A stretch of 64,000 nt of DNA from a virus. Each line of letters starts with the position of its first letter. The first letter of the stretch is position 1. Shown in pieces: positions 24,961-33,809 of this stretch. The translations under genes and the position numbers were made by a program. A model generated the notes under the pieces. The model worked only from the letters and a program-made list of their open reading frames with translations, was not told the origin of the DNA and searched no databases. The DNA lies in the IMG/VR virus record IMGVR_UViG_3300045961_000282, positions 1 to 64,000 of that record; one strand, 5' to 3'.

Positions 24961-26415
24961 ATGCCTCACACATCCCGGCTTCTGCGCCGCATCGGCATGA
25001 CCGTAGCAATCGTGCTCACAGCAGGGCTGGCCGCCGGGCCGCCTGCGCTGGCTGACACTTCGCCCACGGTGGTGTCGATCACCTTCGACGACGGTTACGC
25101 CAATACCGCCCAAGGGCTCGACGCGATGACTGCGCGCGGACTCAAGGGGACCATCTACGTCAACAGCCAGCGGGTCGGGTACAACTCCCTGTTCCTGACC
25201 CGCAACCAGTTGAGGACCTACCAGCAGAACGGGTTCGAGATCGGCGGGCACTCGCTGAACCATGAGGACCTGAGCGCCCTGTCGCTCGATGCGGCCACGG
25301 CCAACGTGTGCGCCGACCGCAGCAACCTGATGGATCTGGGGCTTCGGGTGACTTCCTTCGCCTACCCGTTCGGTGCGAATACTGCCGAGACCCAGCAGGC
25401 GGTCAAGGCGTGCGGATACAACTCGGCGCGGTTGATCTCCGACCTCAGGTCGCCGACCAGTTGCTTGCGCTGCTCTCCCGCCGAAGCGATCCCCCCGGTG
25501 AAACCGTATGCGATCCGCACCCCTGCCTCGATTCGTGCCGCGTTCACCCTCGATGACGTCAAGGGTATGGTTACGCAGGCCGAGACCGGCGGCGGTGGCT
25601 GGGTCCCGCTGGTGTTCCACCAGATCTGCGACGGATGCAGCACCAACGCCATCACCCCCACGGACTTTGTCGCGTTCCTCGACTGGCTCAAGGAGCGCCC
25701 CGAGAGCACCGTGGTCAAGACGGTCGATCAGGTGATCGGTGGATCCCTGCAGCCCGAGCCCATCGACCCCGAGCCGGTGCCCGAGGAGGACGCGGTCATC
25801 ATCGGCTCGCAGAGCCGGACCATCGACGGGATCAACTCGGCACGCACCACCAACGCCCTGATCCTGTACACCCGCGTGCGGGGCACCACCACCGGGACGA
25901 ACTCCTATGGCACTGAGGTTGCCGTGGTGAACAACGTGGTGACCAAGGTTGAGAACAACATCGGCAACATGGCAATCCCGACCGGCGGCGTAGTGCTGTC
26001 CGGGCACGGCACGTCGGCCACGTGGTTGAAGAACTACGCCAAGGTCGGGGTCACTGTGCAGTTGACGGACTCCACCACCCTGCCGCCCCCGCCGCCTCCC
26101 GTTGTGACACCGACGACGCAGGTCACCATCGGGGCCGCGACTCGCGCGATCGATGGGGTAGACGTTGCCCGCAAGGCCAACTTCCTCGTGATCTACACCA
26201 GCAAAACCGGATCGAGCACTGGCACCAATCAGTATGGTTTCGAGGCGGCCGTGGTCGATGGCGTCATCACCAAGATCGATGGCGTCATCACCAAGATCGA
26301 GAACGGCGTCGGCAACATGGACATCCCGGCGAACGGATACGTCCTGTCCGGGCACGGAACGGCACGCACGTGGCTGTTGGCCAATGCCACCGTGGGCGCC
26401 ACGGTCACCGGCTGA
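24961..26415 (+). CDS. secreted polysaccharide deacetylase (NodB-like) with duplicated C-terminal domain
   Basis: Signal peptide MPHTSRLLRRIGMTVAIVLTAGLAAGPPALA; NodB motifs ITFDDGY and GGHSLNHEDL; two roughly 95-aa C-terminal repeats (IDGINSAR.../IDGVDVAR...). Confidence 0.7.
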   Translation: MPHTSRLLRRIGMTVAIVLTAGLAAGPPALADTSPTVVSITFDDGYANTAQGLDAMTARGLKGTIYVNSQRVGYNSLFLTRNQLRTYQQNGFEIGGHSLNHEDLSALSLDAATANVCADRSNLMDLGLRVTSFAYPFGANTAETQQAVKACGYNSARLISDLRSPTSCLRCSPAEAIPPVKPYAIRTPASIRAAFTLDDVKGMVTQAETGGGGWVPLVFHQICDGCSTNAITPTDFVAFLDWLKERPESTVVKTVDQVIGGSLQPEPIDPEPVPEEDAVIIGSQSRTIDGINSARTTNALILYTRVRGTTTGTNSYGTEVAVVNNVVTKVENNIGNMAIPTGGVVLSGHGTSATWLKNYAKVGVTVQLTDSTTLPPPPPPVVTPTTQVTIGAATRAIDGVDVARKANFLVIYTSKTGSSTGTNQYGFEAAVVDGVITKIDGVITKIENGVGNMDIPANGYVLSGHGTARTWLLANATVGATVTG

Positions 26416-26422
26416 CTCAACA

Positions 26423-26468
26423 GACAACAAACCCCCCGTCCTGCCATCGGACGGGGGGTTTGTTGTTG
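26423..26468. terminator. bidirectional rho-independent terminator
   Basis: CAACAACAAA-CCCCCCGTCC-loop-GGACGGGGGG-TTTGTTGTTG; fully palindromic with T-runs on both strands. Confidence 0.75.
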
Positions 26469-26475
26469 CGGTGGA

Positions 26476-26934
26476 TCAGAAAGGCGGTGCGTCCTGCGCC
26501 GGGGCGCCCCATGCGCCCTGCTGCGCCGGGGCCTGCTGGGGGGCCGGGGGCTGGTTTGGCGCGGTGGGCCACTGGGCGTTCGGCGCGGCCGGGGCGGGGC
26601 GGGAGGCCACCCGGAAGGCGTTGTACTGCCGTCCCGCGCCCGAGGACTTCTTGCCGTCGTAGACCACGGCGAACTCGTCGCCGGGCCGCGGGCGCTGCTC
26701 CTCGACCTCGTTCTTGAGCACGGTGGCCATGCAGTGCACCGCGATGTCGGTTCCGTCGGCCTGCTTGATGGTCACGATCGGGTAGCCGTCGGGGTGGTTG
26801 TCGTTCTTGCGGCGATCGACGGACACCACGATGCCCTCGACGCCATCGCCCGGCTGCTCCCACCGCCACGACGGGGCGTACTCGACACCACTGTCTTCGG
26901 CAGGCTTGCTGCGCAGATCATCCAACAGACCCAT
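26476..26934 (-). CDS. hypothetical protein with Pro/Gln-rich C-terminus
   Basis: GGAGG RBS upstream; protein-like N-terminal domain. Confidence 0.5.
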   Translation of the reverse strand: MGLLDDLRSKPAEDSGVEYAPSWRWEQPGDGVEGIVVSVDRRKNDNHPDGYPIVTIKQADGTDIAVHCMATVLKNEVEEQRPRPGDEFAVVYDGKKSSGAGRQYNAFRVASRPAPAAPNAQWPTAPNQPPAPQQAPAQQGAWGAPAQDAPPF

Positions 26935-27004
26935 GTCGCTGTGTCCTTTCCTCCCGCCTTAGGTCCTTAGCGCCTAGGGCATGCCGGGGAGCCTAATGGG
27001 GCCG

Positions 27005-27220
27005 TCAAGCCCTGTCAACACCCCCGCATCGGTGGTTCGGGAACACTGATCCACAGGACCGGCAGTGGGACATGTCGTGCTGGCTGCCCTTGATGAAGCG
27101 GTGGTAGCGCATGTACTCCGAGGCTGCCCTGCGGCATTCGGGGCAGGGGGGTTCGCCGCTGCGCTGGTGGGCGTTCCATCCTGCATAAGTCCCACATTGC
27201 TCGCGCTTCATGGTAATCAC
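27005..27220 (-). CDS. small zinc-finger protein
   Basis: CPECRRAASEY...HCRSCGSVFPNHRCG. Confidence 0.45.
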   Translation of the reverse strand: MITMKREQCGTYAGWNAHQRSGEPPCPECRRAASEYMRYHRFIKGSQHDMSHCRSCGSVFPNHRCGGVDRA

Positions 27221-27221
27221 G

Positions 27222-27701
27222 CTACGCCTCTGTCCTGAATGCTTCGTCGAGCACCACTCCGGTGACCTTGAGGCCGTCCAACTTGGTGATCCGGGCCCGC
27301 CGCGGCGCGACCACGATCCGGCCGGAGGCGGGCTTGAGCGTCAACCGGGACCTCGGCTGGGCTTCGGGCAGCGGAACCATATCCACATGCCGGGCTGTCG
27401 CCTCGGCGAGCCGCAGCGACTTGTTCACGCTTCGCCACTGCGCGTCCCTGACCCGAGTGGTGGTTGCGCGCATGGCGCGCAGTTCCTTCTCGGCGGCGTC
27501 GAGGTGGGCCATCATCTGCTCGGCCGACCCCGCAGAACCGATGACGTGGTGGCTCTGCAGCATGGTGCGGGCGCGGCCGATGCTGTGGATCGCTCGGACG
27601 GTGTCGGGATCCAACTGCCGCGCGTTGGAGCGCGACGCCCCCTCTGCGGAACGGCGCGCCAGCAGGACCTCATTGACGAACTCGATCGCCGCTTTGTTCA
27701 T
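27222..27701 (-). CDS. hypothetical protein
   Basis: MNKAAIEFVNEVLLARRS... Confidence 0.5.
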   Translation of the reverse strand: MNKAAIEFVNEVLLARRSAEGASRSNARQLDPDTVRAIHSIGRARTMLQSHHVIGSAGSAEQMMAHLDAAEKELRAMRATTTRVRDAQWRSVNKSLRLAEATARHVDMVPLPEAQPRSRLTLKPASGRIVVAPRRARITKLDGLKVTGVVLDEAFRTEA

Positions 27702-28042
27702 TTCGGGGCCTTTGGGAGGTCGAATGTGTCGGAGGTGCCCAGCAGTTCAATCGCGTGAGCGAGGGACACCTGCGCCTGCTTGACCGGGCGCAGGTCCTTG
27801 CGATCCAACAGGTAGACGGTCAGACTGCGCTGTGCGTTGACCAAGAACATCAGCACCGCGCTCGACACGGGGACCCGCGAGGAACCCGTCGGCCCGATGA
27901 GCACGGAGGTGTCCATGGCTTGGATGGCGCGCCCGACGTGGGTCAGGGCGTTGTTGGCGAACAGGCCCCGTTCGTCCTTGGTGCGCTCGGCCACGTCGAT
28001 CAGCAGCAGCAGGGCGGCATTGGCCTCGGTGGCGACGCTCAT
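27698..28042 (-). CDS. hypothetical protein
   Basis: Start MSVATEANAALLLLIDVAERTKDERGLF. Confidence 0.45.
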   Translation of the reverse strand: MSVATEANAALLLLIDVAERTKDERGLFANNALTHVGRAIQAMDTSVLIGPTGSSRVPVSSAVLMFLVNAQRSLTVYLLDRKDLRPVKQAQVSLAHAIELLGTSDTFDLPKAPK

Positions 28043-28392
28043 CACGGCGCCTGCGGGAACGGCACCACCCACGTGGCGTCAAGGCTGGCCCGCGACCGCG
28101 CGGCCCGCCCGGCGAGGGTGGCCAGCGCAGAGTTCATGGTCTGCTTGCCATGCATGCCGCCATCCTCGTACCCCTTGAGGTACACCCCGTAGTCCCACAG
28201 CATCATGGCTGCCGCCTTTTCTAGGTCCAGCCACGATGGGCCGATGACCAGCAGGTCCTCAAGAGTTTCGCGGTACCGACTGATGGTGTGGAACAGCCTG
28301 CCGGGCCTGCCGCTCTTCGCGGTGTGTTCGATTTCCAAGTCGATCTCCCGCAGCCATTTGCGCAGGGGTTCGTTGGGGTCGGTGGTAGTCAT
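28042..28392 (-). CDS. hypothetical protein
   Basis: MTTTDPNEPLRKWLREIDLEIEHTAKSGRPG... Confidence 0.5.
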   Translation of the reverse strand: MTTTDPNEPLRKWLREIDLEIEHTAKSGRPGRLFHTISRYRETLEDLLVIGPSWLDLEKAAAMMLWDYGVYLKGYEDGGMHGKQTMNSALATLAGRAARSRASLDATWVVPFPQAP

Positions 28393-28407
28393 GGTCCCCA
28401 AAGCCTA

Positions 28408-28785
28408 TCACGCCGCTGTGTCGGCGGCTCTCGCGGTGCGCAGCGGCAGTGGGTGGATGTCGGATTTCCCGATGGCCTCGGACACCCACCCGTGTCGGGC
28501 CATGTAGGCCGCGCGCAGCGACAGGGCCCGCGACGTCGGGATGGTGGTGGAGATCGTGCTCAGCACCTCCCGCAGCATCCACAGCCGGACCTCCATCGGG
28601 TAGTGGCCGACCACCACCACGTCCGTGGTCAGGTACAGGTGCAGCACCTTGGCATGCCGGTACGCCGAAGCCAGCCACAGGTGCGCCGTCTCATCGTCAC
28701 CCGCCGCGGCAGCCTCGAACCCCGCCTCGGCGGCCCTCATGATGTGATCGACCCGCCCGAGCGCGTCGCGTTTGGCGTCGTTCAC
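28408..28785 (-). CDS. hypothetical protein
   Basis: GTG start with GTGA overlap at 28782-28785. Confidence 0.45.
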   Translation of the reverse strand: MNDAKRDALGRVDHIMRAAEAGFEAAAAGDDETAHLWLASAYRHAKVLHLYLTTDVVVVGHYPMEVRLWMLREVLSTISTTIPTSRALSLRAAYMARHGWVSEAIGKSDIHPLPLRTARAADTAA

Positions 28786-29183
28786 GCCTCTTGCCTGTGC
28801 AGGTACTCCAGCCACGCCAGCGCGACGGCGGCGACCTGCACCAGTTCCTCGGCCAGCATCTCGGTGGGGTCGCCGTCGAGAACCGATCGGGCCACCTCGC
28901 CGACCTCCTCGGTGAGCACGACAACCTTGTGCTCGGCCGGAATCGGGTGGGCGCAGGTGCGGTTTGGGTGCAGAGCCTCCTGTCGGACCCGCTCAGCCAC
29001 GATTCGATCGAGCAGTACCTCGCGCGCCTCCCGCGCTTCCGGGACGGGACTCAGGTGCACCAGCAGGGCGTCGCGCAGCACCTCGGACTTGCTCTTGCGC
29101 TGCCGCGTGGCGGCCTCGGAGAGCGCGGCGCGCTGCACCGGGTCGATGCGCACGCAGACCGGGGTTGCATCAAACGACGGCAC
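28782..29183 (-). CDS. ribbon-helix-helix domain fused to MazG-like NTP pyrophosphohydrolase domain
   Basis: N-term RIDPVQRAALSEAATRQRKSKSEVLRDALLVHL (RHH/CopG-like); C-term EEVGEVARSVLDGDPTEMLAEELVQVAAVALAWLEY (MazG-like). GAGGAGA RBS before the GTG start. Confidence 0.5.
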   Translation of the reverse strand: MPSFDATPVCVRIDPVQRAALSEAATRQRKSKSEVLRDALLVHLSPVPEAREAREVLLDRIVAERVRQEALHPNRTCAHPIPAEHKVVVLTEEVGEVARSVLDGDPTEMLAEELVQVAAVALAWLEYLHRQEA

Positions 29184-29520
29184 GGAGTTTCTCCTCTGCA
29201 ACGGCAAGCCAGCCCTCGACGTTCTCGCCGCGGGAACTCAGGTAGACCCAGAAGCCAACGATCGAACCATACGAGAACCGCTCGCCGAACTCCTCGACGG
29301 TGCCGCGCCACGCCTTGACCTTCTGTCCGGTGGGGAACGTGCACGGGGCGCCCGCCTCCAGAATGGTCACCACGTCACCATCGCGGCCCACGACGTAGAC
29401 CCAGTACGCCAGCATCTCGTGGAACCGATCGCCGGGCTGCGGGTCCCAGAACGCCTCGGCAGTGGCCCGCTTGGCCTCCTTGAGGCCGGGAGCCTCGGCG
29501 AAGGGGTCCGTGTGCGTCAT
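29170..29520 (-). CDS. hypothetical protein
   Basis: MTHTDPFAEAPGLKEAKRATAEAFWDPQPGDRFHEM... Confidence 0.5.
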   Translation of the reverse strand: MTHTDPFAEAPGLKEAKRATAEAFWDPQPGDRFHEMLAYWVYVVGRDGDVVTILEAGAPCTFPTGQKVKAWRGTVEEFGERFSYGSIVGFWVYLSSRGENVEGWLAVAEEKLRAVV

Positions 29521-29544
29521 ACGTCGAAGCCTATCAACCGCCGA

Positions 29545-29943
29545 TCACCAGCACGGCTTGCTGCGGGAGTACCAGTGCGAGCGTCCGCGCCCGTGGTCCC
29601 ACACGGTCCAGAAGAACCGATCCTGATCTGCGCGCGACCAGCGATTGACAGGCGTTCCAGCCAGCCACGGCTTGCCCATCTTCTTCGCTCCATAGCGGCG
29701 CAGGGGACCCATGACCTGATAGGCCCCAGCGGCGCCGGAGTAGCGATTGACGACCCCGTAGTGCCCCCGAGACTCGCGGTGCACGATGCACTTGCGCACG
29801 GCTTCGTAGCGGGGGCTGTAGAACTTCCCGGTGTACGCCGACGACCGCACGTCGCGCGGGGAGCCCGTGTGCGCCGTGGCGGGCGCGGCAGTCAGCAGCA
29901 GGGCAAGGGACAGCGGAACGGCCACGAGGGCGCGGCGAAGCAT
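29545..29943 (-). CDS. secreted lytic transglycosylase (SLT domain) protein
   Basis: Signal peptide MLRRALVAVPLSLALLLTAAPATA; SLT motif IVHRESRGHYGVVNRYSGAAGAYQVM (E-S...AGA.G..Q). Confidence 0.6.
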   Translation of the reverse strand: MLRRALVAVPLSLALLLTAAPATAHTGSPRDVRSSAYTGKFYSPRYEAVRKCIVHRESRGHYGVVNRYSGAAGAYQVMGPLRRYGAKKMGKPWLAGTPVNRWSRADQDRFFWTVWDHGRGRSHWYSRSKPCW

Positions 29944-29981
29944 CAGGTACCTCCGGTGAGTCGGCGATTCTGGTGGTGGTG

Positions 29982-30188
29982 CTAGTTGGACCAGTTGCGC
30001 ACCGCGGCGCAGATCTGGGCCCGATCGGGGTCGAACCCGATGTCGGCGTACAGGTCGTCGGCGATCTGGTCGAGCAGGTAGGGCAGGGCGGCGGCGATCA
30101 CGCTGTCGGCCACCTCCCGTGGGTTGTCGTATCCATGGAAGGCAGCCGCCTGCGCCCCCGCTTCCAGCCACTTCGCAGTCGCGCTCAT
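29982..30188 (-). CDS. small hypothetical protein
   Basis: Clean small ORF. Confidence 0.4.
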   Translation of the reverse strand: MSATAKWLEAGAQAAAFHGYDNPREVADSVIAAALPYLLDQIADDLYADIGFDPDRAQICAAVRNWSN

Positions 30189-30271
30189 TCGGTCTTTCCT
30201 TTCGGTCGGCCTACAGAGTGCGGATCACAATGTCCGATCAGTCAAGCAGTGTCAAGCACATCACGGCTGAA

Positions 30272-30517
30272 TCAGTCGATGACCTCCATCGGCGCGAACC
30301 GGGCGGCGGCGTCACGCATCATGCAGTCGACGCTGCAGTAGACGCTGTACGCCCCATCGGCACTGCCGTCCGGGTTCGGCCAGTAGATGACCACGAACCC
30401 GTGCTCGCGAGGAGTTCGGCTCCATGTGTCACAGCCGGGCCCCTCGCAGTGGGCGGCGTTGAACCAGAACGGCTGCTCACCCATGGGACACCCGCTTGGC
30501 AATGACCCGGCGGCCAT
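30272..30517 (-). CDS. small Cys-containing protein
   Basis: CEGPGC...CSVDC. Confidence 0.4.
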   Translation of the reverse strand: MAAGSLPSGCPMGEQPFWFNAAHCEGPGCDTWSRTPREHGFVVIYWPNPDGSADGAYSVYCSVDCMMRDAAARFAPMEVID

Positions 30518-30725
30518 GCTCGGTCAGGATCTCGTAGCGCCCCGCTGCAGCCAGCGTCCGCAACCCGTCGGCGTAGGCGCTCAGGGCCATGGAGTCGACC
30601 GTTCCGTCGTCGTCGATGGCACAGCCCTGCCGGGTCAGATCCTCGACCAGATCGAGCAGTTCGTCGACGTCGTTGCGCAGTGCGGCCACCTCGATTTGAA
30701 GGCCCCTCATGCGGTCGTCGCTCAT
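30477..30725 (-). CDS. hypothetical protein
   Basis: MSDDRMRGLQIEVAALRNDVDELLDLVEDL coiled-coil-like. Confidence 0.45.
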   Translation of the reverse strand: MSDDRMRGLQIEVAALRNDVDELLDLVEDLTRQGCAIDDDGTVDSMALSAYADGLRTLAAAGRYEILTEHGRRVIAKRVSHG

Positions 30726-30985
30726 TTCCTGTCCACCTCAAATGCGTGCCAGACAAACGGGCCCTGCTGAACCGTGGCGATGTAGGTCCCCGGGTCGTCC
30801 GGAACGGGGTTGCCGGTGCCGTAGATCGCGATGGTGCGCGGCTCAAGGTCGTTGGTCTGGTTCACGGTTCCCCACAGGGTCAGGTGACCGCCCTGATTCT
30901 GTGCCGTCAGGAACTTGGTCCCCACCGGCACGTCGATCACCTGCAGGTCGGTGACGAGCAGGTTCCACTTCCAGATGCTTTTCAT
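30722..30985 (-). CDS. hypothetical protein
   Basis: Start MKSIWKWNLLVTDLQVIDVP; ATGA overlap at 30982-30985. Confidence 0.5.
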   Translation of the reverse strand: MKSIWKWNLLVTDLQVIDVPVGTKFLTAQNQGGHLTLWGTVNQTNDLEPRTIAIYGTGNPVPDDPGTYIATVQQGPFVWHAFEVDRK

Positions 30986-31857
30986 GGCTGCTCCGTCTGG
31001 TTGAGGATGTTGCCGCCGGGCTGACGCGGGTTGAGGCCCTTCTCGGTCATCAACTTCTCGATGTAGCCGTCCTCGCCGAGCAGGTCGACCCACGGCTTGG
31101 CCTTCTCAGCCTCGGCCTTCTCCACGGCCACCTGCGCCTCCGCAGCGGCGACGCGGGCATCGGCCTCGGCCTTCGCGGCGTCGGCGCGAGCCACGGCGGC
31201 CTGCTGCTCGACCAGCGCCTCCTTGATGCTGGCGGGCGGCTCGGGCTTCTGCAGCGTGATGGAGAAGTTCTGGAAGAACTGCTCGTCGCCGTCGGTCTGG
31301 CGATCCACCAGCCCCGGCAGGAGTTCGAGCACCTCGTTCTCCCACTGCGTCTTGGTCGCAGTGTCGTTGTACAGCGCCGTGTACTTGTACTTCTGTCCGG
31401 CGCGGTCGACGGCGGTGTTCAGCGGCTGCCCGACGTAGAGAGCCAGCGTCTTGTTCCACCCCTCGGGCGTGTTCTGGTCAGTGAAGTAGGCCGCGTTGCG
31501 GTTGCCGATCTTCTCGTGGAACTGACGCAGCGTGTCGCACTCGGTGTTGAGGTTGAAGTTCACCACGCCCGTCACGGACATCTCGATGCCGTCGGCGGTC
31601 ACGAAGGTGATCGGGCCCGTGTCCGCGTTCGCGGTGTCGAACGACCAGTACCGCTGGGATGCGGGGTACTGGTAGTAGGAGTCCGAGATGCCGCCCCAGT
31701 CGCGCGTCGAGGGCTCGATGCAGTCGATGAACGACTGCGACTGCGTGGCACCGCCGGAGTACGCGACCGCCACCATGTCGGGGGGCGTGCTCACGGTCGC
31801 GCACCCCGCGAGGGCGAGCGCCGCCAGTGCGACGGCGGGAATGGTGATCTTCTTCAT
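30982..31857 (-). CDS. lipoprotein with coiled-coil region
   Basis: Lipobox MKKITIPAVALAALALAGC; Ala/Glu-rich coiled coil QQAAVARADAAKAEADARVAAAEAQVAVEKAEAEKA. Confidence 0.6.
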   Translation of the reverse strand: MKKITIPAVALAALALAGCATVSTPPDMVAVAYSGGATQSQSFIDCIEPSTRDWGGISDSYYQYPASQRYWSFDTANADTGPITFVTADGIEMSVTGVVNFNLNTECDTLRQFHEKIGNRNAAYFTDQNTPEGWNKTLALYVGQPLNTAVDRAGQKYKYTALYNDTATKTQWENEVLELLPGLVDRQTDGDEQFFQNFSITLQKPEPPASIKEALVEQQAAVARADAAKAEADARVAAAEAQVAVEKAEAEKAKPWVDLLGEDGYIEKLMTEKGLNPRQPGGNILNQTEQP

Positions 31858-32102
31858 GAGAGTTCCCTTTGCTTGAACTTGGTGATTTGGATGTCGATGA
31901 GGGCAGCGCTGGGGTCCACGTCGAGCGCGTTGCGCGCAATGTCGTGGATCTCATTGACCAGCGTCTGGTACTGCCCGATCCGGTATCGCTGTGAGGACAG
32001 CAGTTCTTCGCGCCTCGCCCGGCGCATTTGTGCCATGACCACGACGAAGGTCAGGACCACCGCCAGTCCGATCACGATGACCAGTGCCAGTCTTGGATTC
32101 AT
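31854..32102 (-). CDS. small membrane protein
   Basis: TM helix LALVIVIGLAVVLTFVVVMA; ATGA coupling. Confidence 0.5.
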   Translation of the reverse strand: MNPRLALVIVIGLAVVLTFVVVMAQMRRARREELLSSQRYRIGQYQTLVNEIHDIARNALDVDPSAALIDIQITKFKQRELS

Positions 32103-32151
32103 AGGCTGAGCCTAGCACGTTGCGGACATGACCCAGTTCCACGTGAAACCG

Positions 32152-32499
32152 TCAGCGCAACCTGCTCCCGCAGCAGCCGTCGCAGGAGTGCGCCGCGAGC
32201 ACCTTCGCCTCTATGGCGCCCCGGCTCTCCATCAGGTACTCCCACTGGTCTGGGTCGAAGTGCCCGACCCCGTGCTCGCAGATGCGCTCGATGAGGCCCG
32301 TGTCGTTGCGCCAGACCTGCGTCATCGCCCGCATGGAGTGCACGGTGCGATGGTGCAGCGGGCAGGCGCCCTGCCCCGCGCACTTCTCGGGTGGGTGTGC
32401 CATCACCTCGACGTCGGAGTGCTCCAACTTGGCAGCGACGAAATCGGACGGAACTATGCCGGTCGGCCAGACGAAGGGGCTCTCAGGCTTCTTGGGCAC
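32152..32499 (-). CDS. hypothetical Cys/His protein
   Basis: CAGQGACPLHH...CEHGVGHFD...HSCDGCCGS. Confidence 0.4.
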   Translation of the reverse strand: MPKKPESPFVWPTGIVPSDFVAAKLEHSDVEVMAHPPEKCAGQGACPLHHRTVHSMRAMTQVWRNDTGLIERICEHGVGHFDPDQWEYLMESRGAIEAKVLAAHSCDGCCGSRLR

Positions 32500-32830
32500 T
32501 GAGCCACTCCTCGAGTCGTGGGTTGATGACGTACTTCTCGCCCCGTTCGATGCGGGAGATCGTGGAGAACGACATGCCCACCTCGCGCGCCAGCGCACGC
32601 TGGCTGAGCCCGGCATCCATCCGCGCCGCGCGCAGCCGCTCGGCCATCGGTGGCTGGTGGATCGGGTGCAGGGCGCAGTCGGGAAGCACGGAGCGCAGGG
32701 AGTCCACGTCGGCGAACCTGCTCACTGTCTCGCCCGCGTACCAGCAGATCACCACCGAACCGTTGAAGAACTCCACGCCCTCCCCGAGCGGGCCCTCATC
32801 TCCGTCGCGCACCAGCAGGAACGGCCTCAT
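32483..32830 (-). CDS. XRE-family helix-turn-helix transcriptional regulator
   Basis: C-terminal AERLRAARMDAGLSQRALAREVGMSFSTISRIERGEKY. Confidence 0.65.
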   Translation of the reverse strand: MRPFLLVRDGDEGPLGEGVEFFNGSVVICWYAGETVSRFADVDSLRSVLPDCALHPIHQPPMAERLRAARMDAGLSQRALAREVGMSFSTISRIERGEKYVINPRLEEWLSAQEA

Positions 32831-33135
32831 GAAGTCACTTCCTTGATCAGGTCGATGGCGTACTGCTGCTCGAACCGGCAGCCCTCACAGGCGATGCAGT
32901 CCTCGGTCGGGTGCCCCTCGGGAATCGTCAGGCTCAGCCACGCAGCAATCTCGAACGGCGGCGCGCCGGATGCGATCTGCTCCAGCACCAACCGATGCCA
33001 GTCGGCGCAGACCAGACAGGCGAAGGAGTTGGGTCCGTGGTCGGACTGTGGATCCACGTCGAACATCGCGTCGATGACGCCGATCGCATAGTCGGCGTCG
33101 ATGTCGAAATCGGGCATGAAGTGATCTTCGGTCAT
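32827..33135 (-). CDS. hypothetical protein
   Basis: Start MTEDHFMPDFDIDADYAIGVIDAM...; Cys pairs CLVC, CIACEGC. Confidence 0.45.
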   Translation of the reverse strand: MTEDHFMPDFDIDADYAIGVIDAMFDVDPQSDHGPNSFACLVCADWHRLVLEQIASGAPPFEIAAWLSLTIPEGHPTEDCIACEGCRFEQQYAIDLIKEVTS

Positions 33136-33341
33136 CTCAGGTACCCCTTCTGCCACAACTGGTCGCGCACCACGGACTTGCGGCCCCCGGCCAGTTGGTG
33201 GTCCAGCATCGACACGGTGTTGCGCGGCCAGCGGCGGAACCTGCGGGGGACGCAGTACCGCCGATGCCACCGCAGCGCGGCCACTGGGTTGTTGGTCATG
33301 ACCCGGCTGCCGCAGTCGGTGCAGTAGGCCTTGTGCTTCAC
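33132..33341 (-). CDS. small zinc-ribbon protein
   Basis: MKHKAYCTDCGSRV... Confidence 0.45.
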   Translation of the reverse strand: MKHKAYCTDCGSRVMTNNPVAALRWHRRYCVPRRFRRWPRNTVSMLDHQLAGGRKSVVRDQLWQKGYLR

Positions 33342-33619
33342 GGGGTCATCCTCACGAACATGTCCCGCAGCGACGCGAGGTAGCCCGCACGCCAGTCCTC
33401 GCTGCGCGCGGCGAAACCGGCGGGCGGGGTCGCCTCGAACTTGTCGGCCAACGCATCGCAGAGCCGAGCGAAGGCGCGGGCGGAGTCGGCGCGAACCATA
33501 TGCACGATGTCCAGCAGCAGCGCGTCGGTGACCTGCCCGTCCCTGACCTCATCGAGCCGATGGCTGATCACCATTGCGATCCGCTCCAGAAGGACCTCGT
33601 CCTCGTCCATCAGGGTCAA
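33338..33619 (-). CDS. hypothetical protein
   Basis: TTG start; MTLMDEDEVLLERIAMVISHRLDEV. Confidence 0.45.
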   Translation of the reverse strand: MTLMDEDEVLLERIAMVISHRLDEVRDGQVTDALLLDIVHMVRADSARAFARLCDALADKFEATPPAGFAARSEDWRAGYLASLRDMFVRMTP

Positions 33620-33809
33620 CTGTGGTCGCCCTCCTCCAGAATCCAGAGCAGGCGGGCACGCTCGGCGCCCAGCCGCGAGAGTTCGGCCTCGTGGCCCTCG
33701 ATGAGGGCATCCACCTCGGCGAGGCGGCGCACGGCGTCAGATGGCATGGCTCGACCTCCCTGTTGCGTGGGTGTGGCCGAAGGCTAGCAGGGAGCGGCGA
33801 ACCGTGCTG

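Noticed and set aside
24847-26430. 527-aa minus-strand ORF
   Set aside because: Antisense to the polysaccharide deacetylase, whose frame has a signal peptide and NodB motifs.
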